Below the pieces are notes generated by a model. That model was given only the letters and a program-made list of their open reading frames with translations, did no database searches and had not been told where the DNA came from. Of a stretch of DNA of 64,000 nucleotides, positions 58,401 through 64,000 are shown in pieces. The position numbers and the translations under genes are program-made. Positions within the stretch are counted from its first letter, which is position 1; every line of letters starts with the position of its first letter. Source of the DNA: Lingula anatina (lineage: Eukaryota > Animalia > Brachiopoda); the NCBI GenBank assembly GCA_051362555.1, contig CM120640.1, positions 46,354,788-46,418,787 of the forward strand, read 5' to 3'.

Positions 58401-61400
58401 AAATATTTGAATATTAAAATATTAATCTAAAAGCCAAAGTTGGGCACAAAGTAACAAGTATTTTTTTTGTTTGCTTTTTTCTTTACAACAGTACTCAGAC
58501 CAACAAGTATTGCATATTGGTATGTAACTCGCCACCATATCAGATTCCCAGCCAAGAAAGTATCAAATATTCTGGTTACAATGCCGAAGACTTAGCACAT
58601 ATGATGGGACAGGTAGGATAAGATCCTTTCTCCGAGAAAATTTTATGAAACAGAGGGTCTGATTTGATAAGGATAGTCAAAGTAATTGTGAGCTCAATGT
58701 AAGACGGGAACTGTAATATACAGAAACTATATTGCTTGCAAATTTCTTGTCAAAGCAAAGTAAGATGTAAATGTTATATTTCTCACATGTTGGTGTTACT
58801 TATTCCCACGACTCTGTTAAGTAATGGAACATAGCAATCTATTACTGTTAAGTCTTTTCTTGAAGTGTAGTTTAGAAGATAAATTGGCAATTTAGAGCAA
58901 AGAGTGAATTTGATGATGGGTTCTTTTTTTGTTAAAGGCTTTTATGATAATGCAATTGTACTTGGACTGACACAGATCAGACTCACTCAGCTGTGTTTGA
59001 TTCATTTTCTTCTATTCAGAGAGGGATTAACTTATCAGTTATCTCACCAAGAAAAATCCCATCATTATGCAGATTATATGACAAGGTAAGAGAATATGTT
59101 TATTTACAGTTAAATGTATGTTTCGTTTGTTAATATATCTTGGATGTGATCTGTCTCAATGTCATTATTTCCTTTTTTTTTTCATTTTTCAGGTTTTCTT
59201 AAATGACATAATGTTAAAACAAGACATCTTGGCATTAAATCCAAACATGAACCATAAAAAGAGAAACTAAGCCAGAGACAGCATGTGCAGTACATTATTT
59301 TTTGCACAGATACAATATCATTTTAGACTTACATTAATAGTCATGTATTATATCATTATTTGTCTACTTGTAATTCTTCTATAGGCAAATCATGATCACA
59401 GTCCACCTAAGGACTACACAATTGATCCAAGACATCTAGTTTTATTGAGGGGATATTCTTTACAAGGTAAAATTTGTGTGACACTGTCCTTGTAATACTT
59501 TCTAAATTTTACAAAATAAATATATAATCCAGAAAGTTTTTTTTTTATTGTAACACTTCCAAAAGATATAGAGGTACATAGAACTTACGTGTTATGAAGT
59601 TGTTGAGATAGTACATTGTGCTCTGTTATCTGAAACCTTTCAGTTTTCTTTCTTGAAAACTTTTGCTTTTATTCTAAAGGCATTTGTTATTCTATTTGAG
59701 TAATATATGCCTGCTCCGTTATCCATTTTAACAGAAGTTGTCAACTTGACCTCATTTAAGCATAAAAGACTGGTCTTTACATATATTATCAAGGTAAATG
59801 AGCTTGTGTTTACAAGGTATTTACGAGTTTAGAACTATTTGAGAGGTGGTTAATAAGTGCTTGTCAATGAATATTGTTGTTGACAACAAAGAGCTTGTCA
59901 AATTATATTTTTACACGTAAGTGCTATATACTGTGCCTTCAGGTGCATATATGGGCATTTTGAAACTTATGATAGATATATTTGATGCAATTAGTCATAA
60001 TTATAAGTGAATTAATGTTTAGAGCGCCCACCAAGCCCGGGTGGAGATAAAATACAAGACAAGTCGATTCAAAAACTCCCCGCCAAAGTTGGTAGCCCAG
60101 CAGCTGGCAGTGGTAAGAAGAATTTTTTTTCTGTCTTATTGTTTTAACTTCAATTTTTGTGTGATGACTTTATATGATGTGTTTGTAGTCTCTGAAGATG
60201 TTAAGTAAGAAAATGTATCCTGTTTAGTGTGCAAATGAATTGGTCTCGAATCTCCCTTCCTTATCTTATTTCTCTTTGAATATATTAGGTGTTATTTTAC
60301 TGAGTGCTGCCCTTGTCCTGTTAAATAGATGTTAGCCCCAAAAAAAAAAAAGAACATTTTATCCCAGACACAGTAAATATTGCAATTTTTATTTTAAATT
60401 AGTCTGTGATTCAGTCATTATAACTAAAACTGTCAACTAGCAGGATATAAGAATTTTTTGTTACTTGTTATTCTTTACCTGGTAGTAGATTTGAGAAGAC
60501 ATAAATGTTTTCCAAGGGTTGAGCTTTTTTTTATCACTCTTTTCATCATTAAGATGCATAATAAATGATCAGTTTTTTATCTCAAATTCATCATTCTTTT
60601 TGACCAAGATTAAGCAAAATTAAAAAAAAATATTTGCATTATACAGTACTGTGTATTTTGACCAAAACAGAAAAAAAGAAAATGCATTATAAGCATGCAC
60701 CCTGTCAAAAACAAATGTCTCATCTCAGATATGCAAGCTGTTCTGTCTATTCTTTCATTTGCAACAAGAAGTTCCCTAAACATAAGCAGTGATAATATTA
60801 ATTATGGTGAGAGTGTATCCAATATTGGTTGATGACATTCCTCAGACTGGTATTGGAATGACCGACTTCTAGGAAGATGATTTTATAGTTAGGGCCCTGT
60901 TGTAGACTTCTTGTAATGGGGATAATCTTGTAATGTAAAGTCAAACAACATTTCCTTGGATTTGGAGGAAATGGAGTCAGAAATAAGTCAGCCTACTCAC
61001 TGAGGTGCCGGCACAAACGAAAGCTGATAAGTTATCCACCAATAGCTTTTTCCTAAAATGTAATTTATATGTAGGTTTCATTCAGTTTCACATGTATAAT
61101 ACTGTCCACACTAAGTGGAAACAGCCAGGACGCTAATGGAGCACAAAAAGCAAAACCATAATCATGTGATTAGCATACCTTCCTATCGACAGGTTTTTGA
61201 TGTGGTATCATTGCATCATAAAAGTTGACTTCACTTTCTGCCATTAGTGTGTGTGTGGGGGTGGGGTGGGGGATTAATGCTGGTATTCTCTTTTCAATGC
61301 CATTATTTAACTGTTTGTGTGTAGGGAACTTCTCACTATATAGGACATAGGCCAAGCTGATGAACCTTTTCATTTTATTGTCATAGTTCTGTGTTATTCC

Positions 61401-64000
61401 TCCTCTTCTCTCTTTCTTCCCAAGCTTCTTCAGTTCTGGCCTCTGCTCCTACTGCTGCCACTGTGTCAGGTAGTCAGACTCTCTATAAGTCTCTAGGTGA
61501 TTCTGGATTCCGAATACCAGTCCCTGCTAGTGTTTCTGCACAACAGCCACAAGGTGGGTGGTACATGGGGTCCACACATTGCTCAAGGAGGGGAGGGGAG
61601 GAGGTCTTTAAAAAAAAACATCACAAATTTATGATTTGGAGTGTATGGTGAAAGTTCTTCAAAGCTCTTTGTGTTTACCTTTATTCTACTTGGTTAATTT
61701 AAAAAAAGTGTTACTTCAAAGGAAATACTGATTTTATAAGTGGTTATGATGGAAGAATTTAAGCGATTTTTAAAAAATTGAAAGAAAGATTCCTCCCTGG
61801 GCAAAGAAGTGGTCACATGTACAATAGAATAGTCACCCATTACTCTAGCATGACTTGGTTTGTGGGGATATTATTGTTATTATTATGTTTTTGTTTGTTT
61901 GTTGAACTTTCTGGCCCTGGGGTATTTGAAATACTGGGAGCTGACTTTGAAAGATATATGTTACTTCAGTATCCTTGTTTGTGTATGTTCTTAATGCATG
62001 CAGGTCACAGTTATTGAATACTTATTTGAAAAAGTACATATATCTCAATACATTTTACTCTGCATTTGCTACTGCTGTGTGCTGTGGGCAGCTGTATGCA
62101 AGCCTTGTAGGACATAGATGTTGACGAGATAGTAGCTTCTAATCAGTAGCTTAATTTTATCTGCAGGAAAATATTTTACTTTGCTACTTGTAACTGTTTC
62201 AGATATAGTATGAAAAAAATGAGATAAAGTTATGTTGCATATAAACATCTTTTGGACACAAATTTCAAACTATTTACTTCGATCCACCACAGTTTGATAA
62301 CTTTTACAGCTAAAGTGACCAAACTTTTCATGCAGCAACACAAATGTGAGTTACATTTGTCATAAGACATTCAGTGACCTCAAAGCCACCAAAAGTATCA
62401 TTTTCAAGAGAATCCTACATATACATATCTGAAACTGTTACCTTTGTTTTCTGTTTGTCTTACTATAAATGTGTGTCTGTGAGTATTTTTAACTAAGTGT
62501 TAACCTTGCAGAAGCTTCTGTTTCACAATCTTCTGCTCCACAACCAACTACTCGACCCACAGGGCCTGTCACTTCACAGCCACCGCTTATGTCACAGATC
62601 AGATCACCCATCTCACAGACACGTAAGTGGTTCATTCATTTTTTCTATTGCCAAGGACATTCATCCAGCCTGTGGTGGGTTTTAGGTTGTCATGCTGTTC
62701 CTTTGTGTCTAAATACTTTTTCAGATACTTAACTTCTATCTGCCACTGCTGAGCTCACACTTGCATGTACTTTGGTATTGGTGAGAAATAGTTTAAGACA
62801 AAGGGAATGAAATTGATTAAATTCTATTAATTATTTGAAATTTTGTTGATTTGGCTGTTTTTATTTGTAGTTTATTTTGGTAAAAAAAATCAAGCGTGAG
62901 CTCAGAAATGTTTATGTATGCTATATTAGTTGGTTACTAATTTACAATAGTATTTCATTCTGCTTTCTGTAGTTATTAGTACTTTTGCTAGAAAATATCC
63001 ATGTGTACTGCACTGTTTATCATGGCAGTAGGAAAGAAAGGTCATCCATTAATTTATTACTTTTTCTAGAAACGTCTTCTGCTCCGGGCCCACCTCATAT
63101 ATCATCAGGACCAGGAACAATGCTACAGCAACACCCCACATCTATTGCACCGCCAGCTTCTCAACCTACATCTGCCGCCAGTGGAATGGGGCTTCAAAGG
63201 CATCCCCCACCAAATGTACTTGCTTCAACACAGGCACAGCAGGTAGGCCTGAAACTGACAGGGCACAGCACTTGACATGTCTCAAAAGCATTGAATTAGC
63301 ATGTTGAAAATTGTTTTATATTGTTGCATCATTCTTGTTTTTGCTTTAAGAATATTATTTGTTAGGTGCATAAGTTAAAGGTATTTACAGCTCTGAAGAA
63401 TTGGAGAGTGGGCCTTTGTTGAATGTTACCACCAGGTTTTATCAGTGTTGAACAGGTCTAAGGTTTTTAAAAGGGGCCTCAGAATTGTTTTTTATGTCCA
63501 TTCTTTCAAATTATTGAGGGTACTTTTCTATGTTTCAGTTGACCACAACTTTGAAGGGTCAAAATGCTAAGGAAGTGACAAAGATGATATTGGAACAAAC
63601 TAAGCCTGGAAATAGTGAGTTTTGGCATTTTAAGTGATATTTGGATATTATGAAAAAAATTAATTTAGTCAAACATTTCATACTGTCAATGATTTTCTTT
63701 AATGCTCTCTAAAATTGTTGTATCAGAATATTTGCTACATGATATCAGTATAAGCAGCTAGAAAATAAAACTTATCTGTTCTAAAGATCTGAAAAGGTGT
63801 GATTGCACCAAAGTTTCTACTGCATTTAGCTGTTTGTTATTTTCATAATTTCCATCATTTTTATTCCAATACAATTTTTCAATATCCTAAATCCAATATA
63901 GCCAGTGCTACACAAAATTCTTACTTATTTTGTAGTACGCCCTTCATCCCAGTTTACACAGCAACTGCAGCAGCAGCAGCAACAACAACAAGGCATGCAG
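55426..64000 (+). CDS. MED25: Mediator subunit 25 (5' part; continues beyond the window)
   Basis: VWA-domain exons: [29 protein letters not shown]|[15 protein letters not shown]|[16 protein letters not shown]..|[25 protein letters not shown]|[12 protein letters not shown]|SVISPRKIP|[13 protein letters not shown]. These are followed by Pro/Ser/Gln-rich exons and a polyQ run at ~63960-64000. Confidence 0.95.

Noticed and set aside
60160-60196. Box C/D snoRNA (GTGATGA...CTGA) in a MED25 intron
   Set aside because: Only ~35 nt from box C to box D, and no terminal stem.

Overview
Eukaryotic (animal) genomic DNA, AT-rich with GT-AG introns. The repeat types and gene structure suggest a lophotrochozoan or mollusc-like invertebrate (inference). 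Bases 1-17.7 kb are a nested transposon field. It contains two ~3.1-kb non-autonomous Helentron/DINE-like elements (family A, 161-bp core repeats) lying tail-to-tail, a second family (B, 146-bp satellite core), a dead DD34E Tc1 and several MITEs. It also holds a 3.5-kb chain of co-oriented fragments of unrelated elements (THAP-ISL2EU/Harbinger, piggyBac, hAT, DIRS gag-like, HECT-like), all antisense to LRRC40 read-through. Two head-to-head housekeeping pairs follow: LRRC40(-)/TMEM30A(+), each with a family-B element in its last intron, and CYB5R(-)/MED25(+, running off the window). Between the pairs is a CpG-richer ~12-kb block with one unidentified 437-aa Ser-rich single-exon ORF. All alignments and translations were done by eye, so element ends are accurate to a few bp and no database was searched.
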